Part shown: piece by piece, positions 22,682-34,020 of the stretch | Layout of the letters: each line of letters starts with the position of its first letter | How positions within the stretch are numbered: the stretch's first letter is position 1 | Source: an uncultured Candidatus Peribacteria bacterium | Lineage (GTDB): Bacteria > Patescibacteriota > Gracilibacteria > BD1-5 > UBA2023 | DNA length: 43,696 nt | NCBI GenBank assembly: GCA_964430065.1 | Contig: CAYSEP010000001.1 | Coordinates: 6,394-50,089, forward strand | Direction of reading: 5' to 3' | Translations under genes and position numbers: made by a program | Notes under the pieces: model-generated | What the model saw: the letters and a program-made list of their open reading frames with translations, nothing else | The model's database searches: none | Told to the model about the DNA's origin: nothing

Positions 22682-23851
22682 ATGCCTTCCAATCTCCTTG
22701 CCGATATTTTCAATAATCTTCTCACCCTCAGTGACAAGACGCTCGATGCATTTTTCGATCAGGCTCGCGACGCCTATAAAAAACTCAAAAAAGACGGTGA
22801 TATAGACAATCTCAAAGTCCTCCGCAACCAACTCCAGACCGTCCGTGAGACTCAGGGTGATGCAGTACGAAAGAAGAGTAAAGAAGAGTATCGTAGACTC
22901 GTCGATATCATAGACGACATCGATGGGCTTCTTGCTGCATTCGATAAGGAAACCGCGAAGAACCTCGTCCTCGTCGATGTCGTGAAGAAATTTCGAAAGA
23001 AAAATGCTCCACTAAAAACTCTCCCTGAAGAGAAGAAAAAAACTCACCAACTTGTGGCAGTGAAGAAGTCAGAAATCGATTACGAAGCAGAGATGCTCAC
23101 GCTCCAGCTCGAACTCGTGAAGCTGCAGAAATATATCATCGAGAGTGGAGAGAAGCTCCTCATCATCTTCGAAGGTCGAGATGCAGCAGGGAAGTGAGGG
23201 AATATCAAGCGTTTTATGGAAAGCCTGAATCCTCGGTCTGCGAAGGTCGTCGCCCTCATGAAGCCGACAGATATAGAGAAGGGACAGTGGTACTTCGAGC
23301 GGTATATCGCTCACTTACCGAATGCAGGTGAGATGGTATTTTTCGATCGTTCATGGTACAATCGTGCAGGAGTCGAGCCTGTCATGGGTTTCGTAGGAAA
23401 GACGGACTATGAGAAATTTATGAAAGATGTCCCCGAGCTCGAGAAGATGCTCGTGAAATCTGCAGGCATACGTATCGTGAAGTTCTACTTCTCTGTATCG
23501 AAATCTGAGCAAGCTGCTCGTTTCGAAGAAAGACGTACCAATCCCCTCAAACAATTCAAACTCTCACCCATCGATCAATTCTCCCAGAAGCTCTGGGATC
23601 GCTATACCATCGCCGAGTACGAGAACTTCACTCGCACGCACACTGACTATGCTCCGTGGACGATAGTAAATAGCGATGATAAGGAAGCTTCTCGCATCAA
23701 CGCGATCAAGTATCTCCTCTCACTCTTCGAATATCCAGATAAGATCAGTGCGAAAAAACTCGAGATCGATCCAGAGGTGATCCACACAGGAAAGGAAAAA
23801 GCGAGAATACTGAAAGAAGAAATAGCAGGGAAGAAAGGATTGTTTGAATAA
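22682..23851 (+). CDS. ppk2: polyphosphate kinase 2 with an N-terminal coiled-coil extension of about 140 aa
   Basis: The sequence FEGRDAAGK[TGA]G (PPK2 Walker A; family consensus GKGG), FDRSWYNRAGVE and lid-region motifs. Track ORFs 22682..23197 and 23216..23851 are in frame. Confidence 0.9.
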
Positions 23852-23852
23852 C

Positions 23853-23885
23853 AAAAATCCTCCAGATACTGGAGGATTTTATTTT
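23853..23885. terminator. bidirectional hairpin between convergent genes
   Basis: aaaatcctcca-gatac-tggaggatttt, flanked by A and T runs on both sides. Confidence 0.6.
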
Positions 23886-24256
23886 CTGATAATCTGGACA
23901 TCCATCACGACACGGATTTTTTCTTCAGCATATTCACGATACTCGATAAAGAGACGACGAGTTCCGATAGAAGTGGTGATAGTATAGCTTTCTCATTCAG
24001 GATTATGGGAATATCCGAGGATTGTATCTTTCTCTAGAATCAGAAAAAGTGTATCATATATGCCATCACGGAGTATATCAGCTGATTCTTTATACTGAGA
24101 CTTTATGATTTTTTCGGTAGCTCACATCCCAGTATCCGTAAAAAGATCATCATAATATCTCCACAGAAGATCTGCATGAGTTTCTATAGTGAGTCTTGCT
24201 CGATCTGATATTTGTACTTCCCACATAGTTATACGTTTTGTAGTTTCGTTTCCCAT
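23879..24256 (-). CDS. hypothetical small protein (125 aa)
   Basis: ATG at 24256 to TAA at 23879-23881, with 2 TGA and no TAA or TAG in frame. The C-terminus RRLFIEYREYAEEKIRVVMDVQII faintly resembles RelE/ParE-type toxins, but I cannot support that assignment. Confidence 0.4.
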
Positions 24257-24368
24257 TTTCTAATATTTTTCTCAACCCTTTGATCGAAGAGTTTTTTTGA
24301 TTCTTCTATGCTATAGCATGTGATCCCATCTATTATTTTTGGCATAAATACAAATTAATATATTCCTA

Positions 24369-25835
24369 TTATATACTTTTTTCTTCTTGTGCAAGTTTTC
24401 TCACGATCTCTTTTCCAGAACTATACCCACTCGCCCAGCATATCTGGAGTGAAAAGCCTCCCGTATATCCATCGACATTGAGTACTTCGCCTGCGAAGTA
24501 GAGATTGTTATGGATTTTTGACTCCATCGTCTCAGGATCGAGTTCATCGGTCGAGACGCCTCATGCCGTCACGAACTCATCTCCTGGTCGACGTTCGAGG
24601 AGGGTAAGTGGTATACCAGATCCGAGAAGTTCCGCGATTCTTTCTCTATCTTTTTTCGATATCGAGCTCGCGAACGTCTCTCGAATATGAGAAAAATACT
24701 CGAGAATGAAAGCTTCTGCGAATCTTCGTGGGAGTTTTTCAGCGAGGATGCTCGTGATGAGTTTCTTCGGATGAAGTACGAATTGTTCCTTTAGGAAAGT
24801 CTCCCATTTCAGGGTTTCCATATCCGATAGGGGAGAGAGGTGGATGATTTTCGCATGCGCTGGACTGATATGATCCCACGCAAGTGCCGATGATGTCATG
24901 AAGGCAAGTGGTCATGATATACCGAAGTGAGTCAGGAGAAGTGGTCAGGTTAGATCCTCCCTTTTGTCATCCTTGGCGATAGCCGAGGATCTCTTCCTAT
25001 CGTTTGGAATACCTGAAAGAGATTCTCCTACGGAGAATGACAAAGAAACCTTTGCACTCGGAAAAGAAAGTCCTGAGAGAGCATGAAGCCAATTTTCTCT
25101 CGTGAGAAATGAAGAAAGCGAAGGACCAAGTTGTGTCACAGTATGTCCGAGTGATCGGGCAAAAGCATATCCATCTCCAGTCGATCCCGTATGACTGTAG
25201 GCATTTCACCCTGTCGTGATGACGAGGATATCCGCTTCATAGGATCACTTAGGAGTAGTGATAGAGAACTTCTCGTCATCATGTTTTTTGTCATTCCGAG
25301 TTTGCGAGGAATCTGCTTGATTTTCGAGCAGATCCTTCGTTCCTCAGGATGACAAAAAAGAAACCTCAGAAACCCCTTCTCCATAGTGAAGACTGATCCT
25401 ATCACGATATTTCGCGAATACCTCTTCGAAAGCACCGACGACATCGTGCCCGTCATCAGAAATAGGGAATACTCGATTATCTTCTTCACACTTCAGTGGT
25501 ACTCCATGAGTCTCGAACCATTCTCGACATTTTTTCGGAGAAAACTTCCCCATTGCTCGCTCTATGAATTCCCATCCACGAGTGTATTTCGTAGCGAGAA
25601 TTTTCTTATCCGTGATTCCTGTAGTCACGTTGCATCTCCCTCATCCTGAGATGATGACCTTTTTCCCAGGTGTTGTATTTTTCTCGAAAAGATGGATGTG
25701 GTACTCCTCCCCTTGTAGGGGAGGTTGGGTGGGGTACCCCCTCTCACTCCCCCTAAAAGGGGGAGAATTCTCCAGTATCGTCACTGCCGTCATGAGTCCC
25801 GCAGCTCCCGCTCAGATGATCGCTATCGTTTTCAT
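24369..25835 (-). CDS. HI0933/YhiN-family FAD-dependent oxidoreductase carrying three in-frame repeat insertions
   Basis: II[TGA]AGAAG (GxGxxG), ISG[TGA]GRCNVT, the sequence TG[TGA]NAYSHTGSTGDGY, THFGIS[TGA]P and the sequence YFAGEVLNVDGYTGG. All track pieces on this strand (25344..25628, 24945..25139, 24561..24899) share one frame. Confidence 0.85.
24966..25041. repeat. family-A mini-repeat (copy A4) inside the HI0933-family CDS
   Basis: gtcatccttggcgatagccgaggat ... gattctcctacggagaatgac. Translated in the gene frame as LSFSVGESLSGIPNDRKRSSAIAKDDKR. Confidence 0.75.
25290..25353. repeat. family-A mini-repeat (copy A5, 64 bp) inside the HI0933-family CDS
   Basis: gtcattccgagtttgcgaggaat c tgcttgattttcgagcag atccttcgttcctcaggat gac. 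Translated as FLSSGGTKDLLENQADSSQTRNDKK. Confidence 0.75.
25705..25769. repeat. family-B mini-repeat (copy B2) inside the HI0933-family CDS
   Basis: Colinear with the intergenic copy at 5363-5440. Translated as SPPFRGSERGYPTQPPLQGE between the GxGxxG helix and the second beta-strand. Confidence 0.75.
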
Positions 25836-25839
25836 AAAT

Positions 25840-26391
25840 CTAATGGATTGTATTTATATATTGTATAATTAATTCTACCTGTCAGGGTAAAAAATTTGTT
25901 GTATCAACCGTATAAGTATAATCTACATCAAGAAAGTCATCATATCATTGAGTAAGTTTCTTTTTCCATTCTTCTAAATTTTCTTTATCCTGATGTCACG
26001 GATGTCGTACTCAGTGTAATGCACGATCTTTAAATCTTTCATAAAGAACTTCCTCATCAGTCCTGCAAAAAATCTGAACTATATTAATATCATAACTTTT
26101 TTTAAATTTTCTCAATTTTTCATTAGCAAATTTTGGATCAAAGTTTGTTTCAATAATACAGGATAATTTTGAGGCTAAAATTGAATCAGTTAGTGAGTAA
26201 AGAATATCATAACTTGCACTTCATAATTTTTTTGACCAAATCCTATCATTCGATCATAGAGAATCAAAGAGTATCTCTTTATAAATATCTTTAGAAAAAA
26301 ATGGCAGGGAAAGTTTCTCTGATAAACTTTTTCAAAGTGTAGTTTTTCCAGTTCAGGGAAGCCCAGCAATAACGATAAGAAAGTTTTTCAT
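25840..26391 (-). CDS. P-loop NTPase / small-molecule kinase-like protein
   Basis: 183 codons with 8 TGA. Walker A reads IAGLP[TGA]TGKTTL[TGA]. Ends 5 nt upstream of the HI0933-family start, so an operon is likely. Confidence 0.6.
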
Positions 26392-26464
26392 AGAAAATCA
26401 GTATAGAGAAAAGTCTAGAAAAAGAAAGAGTTGACAATAGATATATAAAAAATATAAATATCTT

Positions 26465-26931
26465 ATGGATATAAGAAATTCTCAATCAGGAACGCGTATT
26501 GAGATCGTCTCTAAGGATGATTTTAACTTCTACTGAGACAATAAGCTAGTAACACCCAAATTTTGACCTATTCAAGTGAGGCGATCAGGTTCTTGCATAA
26601 GAGGAACCGATCTTTGGTATGCTGTTTCTAGTCTTTGTTGAGATAAGGATGTTCCAGAAGTGGAACCATTGAGTTCTGAAAAATATCTCGTAAAGTGCGA
26701 CCCGCTCGTATATACTGAAAAAACTGGGTTCATAGCCTGATGACATGAAGAATGATTGATTTTTTGATTATGGAGAAAGGAGACTGGTAAAGAAGAACAT
26801 ATTACGGAATTTCTTATAAAAACAGTTGGTAAACAAGCGAGCGGAATCCTCATAGTCAATCCGAGACAATTTTCACAATTTATGAATTTGGCACAATCTA
26901 TACAAAAATATTCAGAATCCGTAAGGGTTTA
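26465..26931 (+). CDS. hypothetical protein (155 aa)
   Basis: Frame 2 is open from ATG 26465 to TAA 26929-26931 with 7 TGA. The antisense track ORF 26572..26859 looks less protein-like. Confidence 0.45.
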
Positions 26932-27002
26932 AATCTTTTTTTGTCACCATTTTTCGATATACTCGTCTCTAGGTTTGTAGTACTTACGAAAAACAGATAA
27001 AA

Positions 27003-27572
27003 ATGCTCGTGGAAGCGATCGCGAAAGCGAAATCCTGAGATAGAGATGCTCTCGGCACCCTCTATGATGCCTCATATGATCGAGTTTATCGTATGCTTTT
27101 TCACCGTACGCTCGATGTCGCCTTCACAGAAGATGTCATCTCAGACGTGTACATGAAGGTCGTAAAAGGTATAGAAAAATTCGTAGGATCGACAGAAGGG
27201 GAGTACTTCTCCTGGGTACTCCGCATCGCCTACACGACACTCATCGACTCACTCCGTCATGAGAAGCCGATCGACTCTCTCGATGACATCGAATGGGAAC
27301 CGAGTGAATCTGTAGATTTCGGGGAAATAGTCGACCATAAAGAGAAACTCACCGAAGTCCTCTCCTACATGGATACTCTTCCAGAACGAGATCGCATGAT
27401 CGTCACACTCCGTATCTGGGATGACCTCTCCTACGACGAAATAGCAGAGATCACTGGAGAGTCAGTATCAAATAGTAAAAAAATCGTCTCTCGATCTCTC
27501 GAGAAAATCGCTGCCAACGTCTCACCCCTCGCGCTCATAGCATTCATCTCTACTCATGTCTTCACACGCTAA
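27003..27572 (+). CDS. ECF-type RNA polymerase sigma factor
   Basis: Region 2 (DVISDVYMKVVKGIEKF...FSWVLRIAYTTLIDSLR) and region 4 (LPERDRMIVTLRIWDDLSYDEIAEITGESVSNSKKIVSRSLEKI). One TGA near the N-terminus. Confidence 0.85.
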
Positions 27573-28488
27573 CGACATCCTCGAAGAGCTCGCACCACTT
27601 CTCACGAAGAAGGTGGAGCATGAGAAACTCCAGAAAGTCATCTCACTCTTTTCGAGCTATACGCCAAAAGTATATCCCGATGCGAATTTTCGTGATAGAC
27701 TCAGACAAGATATTCTCATAAGCAAAAAACAGGAGACTAAAAAAAGATATACCTTCTCTTGGTATACGTTTTTCCCTGTTTTTGGGACTGCATTTGCGTG
27801 TATGCTTTTTGGTATAAGCTTCTGGAAATTCTTTTTCCCTACAGAAAATATGGAAATAGGGATTCCTATGATCTCACGAGAATCACCTGTCAGTCAGGAT
27901 AAGGGGGAAGCTCCTGCAGGGGCAATGAGTAAAATCGCAAATGAAAAAATACAAGAATTCCGAGCCGAAAAGAGGAGTATCGATACAGAAATACAGGGAA
28001 TAGTCGACGATATGAATTCTCTAGACATATCAGATGTCTCAAGAGAAATTTCTCCTGAGTCAGTCACTCCTCCAGTAGCAGCTACTCCGACAGTTTCGAC
28101 GACAACATATGATACTGCACTTGCAGGAACTGCTTCGCCTATGATGATGAAATCTATACCTGCGATAGTATCATATCCTCTCCCCGAATACGCTACGACG
28201 ATGCGTCTCTATGTGAAACCAGAGTCATGGTCAGCAGATGAGATAGCATCTCGGTCAGGAAGTGGTATCCTAGTACGCGATACTCCGACAGAGAAGCGGT
28301 CTGTCGTAGAGACAAAATCCATGAAAATCCTCGAAGGAAAAACCGTCATATCTTCAAAGGTAGAGTATAGAGTCATGTCGAAGATAGCAGTAAATCCAGA
28401 GAAACTCTTCTATCTCGTCCCTGTCATCGAATATACGACAGATACTGGTGAGCACATACTCATTTCGCTCATCCGAGGATTCCGATAG
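27556..28488 (+). CDS. putative anti-sigma factor (single-pass membrane protein)
   Basis: Overlaps the sigma gene by 17 nt. A cytoplasmic N-terminal region of about 70 aa, one TM helix (WYTFFPVFGTAFACMLFGISFW), and an extracytoplasmic domain. No TGA codons. Confidence 0.5.
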   Translation: MSSHANDILEELAPLLTKKVEHEKLQKVISLFSSYTPKVYPDANFRDRLRQDILISKKQETKKRYTFSWYTFFPVFGTAFACMLFGISFWKFFFPTENMEIGIPMISRESPVSQDKGEAPAGAMSKIANEKIQEFRAEKRSIDTEIQGIVDDMNSLDISDVSREISPESVTPPVAATPTVSTTTYDTALAGTASPMMMKSIPAIVSYPLPEYATTMRLYVKPESWSADEIASRSGSGILVRDTPTEKRSVVETKSMKILEGKTVISSKVEYRVMSKIAVNPEKLFYLVPVIEYTTDTGEHILISLIRGFR

Positions 28489-28538
28489 GAACTCTATTTT
28501 CAGAAATAGATTTGACTTATTTATAAAAAAGTATATAG

Positions 28539-29444
28539 ATGAATTACATAACTTCATTTTTTATGAAATCATTTTTCTCAAAAATCCTCATCGTTCTCAT
28601 ATCACTCAGTGTCATCACAGAAAGTGTATCAGCCTACGGAGTGAGCAGATACCGCTCGCGCACACAGTCTTCATACTATAATAACCGTGGCTACGTAGCT
28701 CCAGCGCCACAGTACAATAATGGTTACAATAACTACAACAACTATCAAACTCCTGTCGTATCGTGTCCGAATTTTTCGAACGCGAGCGTATCTATAGGAA
28801 CTCTCCCAAATGGACTCAATATATCGGTATCTTCATACGATAGCGCACTTCAGACATGTATCAGGAGTACTGCATGGGCTTCATACTTCACTCGATTCGG
28901 GAATAGCGTGAACTTCAGCGTCGTGAATACGACACTCGGTGTACAGATGACAGCCACAAGCTACGATAGCTACACGATATCGAGTATACAGAACACTTCA
29001 TGGGTCAGTATCATAAATGGAATACAGGGCTATAGCTACTCTCCATACTACAACCAACCTCAGTACTCATATCCACAATACCAAAACAACCCTTCGTACA
29101 ACTACAATAACAACCCATACTACTACAATAATCAATATCAGTACAATCCTCCCGTATACGATAACTCATCTCGAAGAGGAAGTGTCGTGTTCGGAAACAC
29201 GAATCAGATAGCACGTTCACTTACGTATGTATCCAACGGGGTACAGATGAATTTCACAAGCAACGACTACAATACGATGAACTATCTTCAGAGATTCTCA
29301 TTTACCTATCTCTTCTCGCACCTCGGAGGTGTATCGGTAAGTCAGTCGAATATATCTGGAGGGATCCAAGTAACCGTTACAGCAGGAAGCACTTCTACGA
29401 TCCAGGAAATACAAAATATCGGATCAGTCCTCGTCTATCAGTAG
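28539..29444 (+). CDS. secreted protein with N/Q/Y-rich segments and a four-fold internal repeat
   Basis: Signal peptide, two N/Y/Q/P low-complexity tracts, and four copies of a motif of about 20 aa (NGLNISVSSYDSALQTCIRS, LGVQMTATSYDSYTISSIQN, NGVQMNFTSNDYNTMNYLQR, GGIQVTVTAGSTSTIQEIQN). No TGA codons. Confidence 0.65.
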   Translation: MNYITSFFMKSFFSKILIVLISLSVITESVSAYGVSRYRSRTQSSYYNNRGYVAPAPQYNNGYNNYNNYQTPVVSCPNFSNASVSIGTLPNGLNISVSSYDSALQTCIRSTAWASYFTRFGNSVNFSVVNTTLGVQMTATSYDSYTISSIQNTSWVSIINGIQGYSYSPYYNQPQYSYPQYQNNPSYNYNNNPYYYNNQYQYNPPVYDNSSRRGSVVFGNTNQIARSLTYVSNGVQMNFTSNDYNTMNYLQRFSFTYLFSHLGGVSVSQSNISGGIQVTVTAGSTSTIQEIQNIGSVLVYQ

Positions 29445-29460
29445 AAAAAACAATTATATA

Positions 29461-29488
29461 AAAACCTCACCAATTTGGTGAGGTTTTT
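29461..29488 (+). terminator. intrinsic terminator
   Basis: aaaacctcacc-aatt-tggtgaggtttt. Confidence 0.65.
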
Positions 29489-29519
29489 ATAGTATTTGAA
29501 CTTGGGCGAACTTTTTCCT

Positions 29520-29583
29520 GTCATCCCGGTGAATACCGGGATCCAGAGATTCTGAACTGGATTCTGGCATACGCCAGAATGAC
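29520..29583. repeat. family-A mini-repeat (copy A6, 64 bp; the clearest two-hairpin form)
   Basis: gtc [atcccggt gaat accgggat] c cagagattctgaactgg [attctggc atac gccagaat] gac. Located downstream of gdh. Confidence 0.8.
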
Positions 29584-29618
29584 AGAAACAGGTTGCGAAC
29601 GATGTAACCAAATACGTA

Positions 29619-30959
<1,341 letters not shown>

Positions 30960-31016
30960 TTAGGAAAAATCAAATAATAGTGAGAATTATTCTCATATAA
31001 AAGTATTGCTATTCAC

Positions 31017-32390
31017 TTATTTTGATTTTTTGAGATTCTTCGCGACGATCTTCAGAGACTTCTCGAGTGCTTTGAGTCCTCGATCGATCTCATCATAACT
31101 GATGATAATAGGTGGCTCGATACGAGAAGTAAGAGCACTGTTCAGTGTACCAGCTATCAGGACACCATGCTTGAAGAGCTCGGCGGTGACCTGGTATCCG
31201 ATCTCTGCAGAGCGGAAGTGCTGAGCGATAAGGAGTCACTTCCCACTCACAGACTCATAGATTTCTGGATACTCTTTCACGAGTTTTTGGAGTTTTTTCA
31301 TGAGATAGACTCACTTCTCCTCTGCCATCTTCGGGAAGTCATCTCGGAGAGCGATATGGAGACCTGCGATCGCTGCAGAGCAGGCGAGGGCTCATCCCCC
31401 TGTCGTCGTGGTGTGTATGAAAGGATTCGGATGCATCATGCATTGCCAGATTTTTTCTGTCGAGACAAAAGCCGATATCGGCATGACACCACCACCGAGA
31501 GCTTTTCCCATCGTCATGATATCAGGAACGACTCCCCAGTGATCGACTCACCACATCTTCCCCGTACGTCCGATGCCTGTCTGAACTTCGTCAGCTATGA
31601 GAAGGACGCCATGTTTCGTCGTCGCGGCTCGGATGCGCGGCCAGAAATCATCAGGTGGGACGACCGCACCTGCTTCTCACTGGATCGGTTCCATCATGAC
31701 AGCCGCGATACCGACTCCGACGGTTTCACATATTTCTAATTGTCTCTCTACAGCCTCAGCATCACCATAGGGGACATGATAGACTGGTCATCCATAGAGT
31801 TGTCCGACAGGTTCTCGATAGTCTTTTTTCCCGATCATAGAAAGCGATCCCATCGTCTTTCCGTGGAATCCTTTCACCGCGACGATGAATCCTGCTTTTT
31901 TCGTATACATCTTCGCGAGTTTGATCGCTCATTCATTGGCTTCTGTGCCACTTCATGCGAAGAAAGCGTATTTCAGATCTCCTGGAGTAATCTCAGCAAG
32001 CATACGAGCGAGCACGCCACGGAGAGGGTCGATGAGCTCTTGCGATGGCATAGGGTTATGGAGAAGCTGTGACTGAACTGCCTCGATAACTTCAGGATGT
32101 GACCATCCATGAGAAAGCAGTCCGTAGCCTCCGAGCCAGTCGATATATTTGCGTCCGTAGACATCTTCGATAGTAGATCATCTCCCTTTCCACTCGATAG
32201 CCGCATGATCTCCTGCCAGCGTGACAGATTTTCTATATTCGAGCCATCATTCATTGAAGTGTTCATGGAAGTTATGCAACGACTCTTCTGCGATCCAGTT
32301 GGCTTCCTCGAGGGTTGGTGTTTGTTTTTCTTTGATGATTTCGAGCCACTTGTGACTATAGGCGAGGACAGATTTTTTGGATGCTTTCAT
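31017..32390 (-). CDS. patA: class III PLP-dependent aminotransferase, putrescine aminotransferase (YgjG/PatA)-like
   Basis: I read the frame line by line: 457 codons, 10 TGA, no TAA or TAG. The motifs EYRKSV, SGTEANE, EPIQ[TGA]EAG, DEVQTGIGRTGKMW, the sequence GKALGGGVMPI, HTTTTGG and RIEPPI resemble E. coli YgjG as I remember it. Confidence 0.8.
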
Positions 32391-32547
32391 ATGTATATGA
32401 GTGTTGGATAGAGAAATTATAAGGGAGAAAGATTACGTACAGATTAGGTTCGGCGAGATACTTCTAATCATAAAACTCGTATATCATGGTAGCATAATAG
32501 CTCTCAAAATACAAAAATCTGGGCTTGCCCTATTTCTTACCTATGTT

Positions 32548-32580
32548 AAAATTCCCTCTCCATTGCTGGAAGGGGAATTT
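32548..32580 (-). terminator. hairpin downstream of tRNA-Trp
   Basis: aaattcccct ... agagggaatttt on the minus strand. The sequence is loosely related to family-B hairpins. Confidence 0.45.
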
Positions 32581-32605
32581 CTATGATAAAGGGAATTTTG
32601 ATGAA

Positions 32606-32680
32606 TGGCAGCCCCGCTCAGAATCGAACTGAGGTTCTCGGCTTTGGAGACCGATGTACTAACCGCTGTACGACAGGGCT
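32606..32680 (-). tRNA. tRNA-Trp (anticodon CCA), 3' CCA encoded
   Basis: Folded by hand. Acceptor AGCCCTG/CGGGGCT, D-stem GTAC/GTAC, anticodon stem TCGGT/GCCGA with loop CTCCAAA, and T-arm CTCAG-TTCGATT-CTGAG. Confidence 0.9.
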
Positions 32681-32713
32681 ACATCTCCTAGGAAAAACCT
32701 AGGAAGAGGAAGA

Positions 32714-33502
32714 CTAGATAGAGTATCGATAGAATTTTACTACTGCATCTTTTCCGATAAAATCACCAACTTTCATATCAGGATTGACGACAAATGGTTG
32801 CGTAAGGAGAGCATTCTCTTCACGGAATTTTGTCATTTTTCCATCGATGATTTTCTCGAGGATTTCTGCAGGTTTGCTTGCATTTTTCGGATCTTGTTTC
32901 ATGATCTCGAGTTGGATTTCTTTCTCTTTTGCCACGACCTCATCGGAGATGTCAGTAGGAGAGGTAACCTGTGGAGCAGAAGCAACGACGTGCATAGCGA
33001 CTTGCTTGAGTTTATCAGCATCAGTCCCAGATTTTGCGACGACGACAGATCCGTTCTTAAAGTTCGAATGGACATAGCTTGCTATGACATCACCTTCGAT
33101 CTTCGTGAGTGCTTGGATGACCATGTTCTCACCGACTTTGAGTGTGTATTCACTTGCTTTGAGTTCATCAGCCTGGTCAATAGCTTCAGCGTCTGAGTCA
33201 GAGTTCTGACGGATAGAGATGAAATGATCGAGCATCGCATCGAATGTCTCGTTGCGAGCGACGAAGTCAGTCTCACAAGAAACGACTGCTACATAGGTAG
33301 CACCACCTTCTGTGACGATCTTGATTTTTCCTTCGCTTGTCTCGTTTCCAGAGCGTTTCGCAGCCTTCGCGAGACCCTTCTTACGGAGAAGGTCGATCGC
33401 AATCTCGAGGTCACCATTGGCTTCGACGAGTGCATTTTTACAGTCAGACATACCGACTCCTGTTCTTTCACGGAGTTCTTTTATCATTTGAGGGGTTACC
33501 AT
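32714..33502 (-). CDS. tsf: translation elongation factor Ts
   Basis: The N-terminal UBA-like sequence MIKELRERTGVGMSDCKNAL. 262-aa intact ORF with no TGA codons. Confidence 0.95.
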   Translation of the reverse strand: MVTPQMIKELRERTGVGMSDCKNALVEANGDLEIAIDLLRKKGLAKAAKRSGNETSEGKIKIVTEGGATYVAVVSCETDFVARNETFDAMLDHFISIRQNSDSDAEAIDQADELKASEYTLKVGENMVIQALTKIEGDVIASYVHSNFKNGSVVVAKSGTDADKLKQVAMHVVASAPQVTSPTDISDEVVAKEKEIQLEIMKQDPKNASKPAEILEKIIDGKMTKFREENALLTQPFVVNPDMKVGDFIGKDAVVKFYRYSI

Positions 33503-33529
33503 AGTGAGGATAATTTATAAATTAAATTT

Positions 33530-33593
33530 GTCATTCTCTGAGTCGAAAATCTGTACCTTTTTTTGAAAGGGATCCTCGCAAGGCGAGAATGAC
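33530..33593. repeat. family-A mini-repeat (copy A8, 64 bp) inside the rpsB-tsf operon
   Basis: gtcattctctgagtcgaaaatc ... atcctcgcaaggcgagaatgac. Confidence 0.75.
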
Positions 33594-33603
33594 AAAACAG
33601 GAA

Positions 33604-33984
33604 CTACTTTCCAGGAGTAAACATATTCGAGATACCAAGAGCCTGGATGAGCTTCTCTGCATTTTCGAGGAGAAATGGTATCGCAAATTCTTTTCCGTTA
33701 AATGCCTGCACCGCAAGGAAGAGGGAAGTGAGGAAAAGTGCAAGGTTCACCAATCATCCAAGTCCGTATATCCAAATAAAGGAAAGAGCGATCGCAAGAA
33801 TGACAGATGCAACATTGATGATAAATCCCTGTTTCATATATTTCACGACAAATGAAGTTTTCACATTCATAAGAAGTGGCACAAAGAAGAGGAACGATGC
33901 GAGAGCTGCAGCGAGTTTTTCCTGGCTAGATACGACTGGAGAAGTAGGAGTTTCCATAAGAGAAAAAGTAAAAAATAGAAACAA
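33604..33984 (-). CDS. small multi-pass membrane protein (DUF4870-like)
   Basis: Three hydrophobic helices, one TGA, TAG at 33604-33606. The start is either 33984 or the ATG at 33957. Confidence 0.5.
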
Positions 33985-34020
33985 AGCGAGGGATATATAT
34001 TTCTTTTTATGAGATATGTA

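Noticed and set aside
23879-24256. A RelE/ParE-type toxin of a toxin-antitoxin pair.
   Set aside because: Only a weak C-terminal resemblance. No adjacent small antitoxin ORF, and no catalytic residues I can point to. It is kept as hypothetical.
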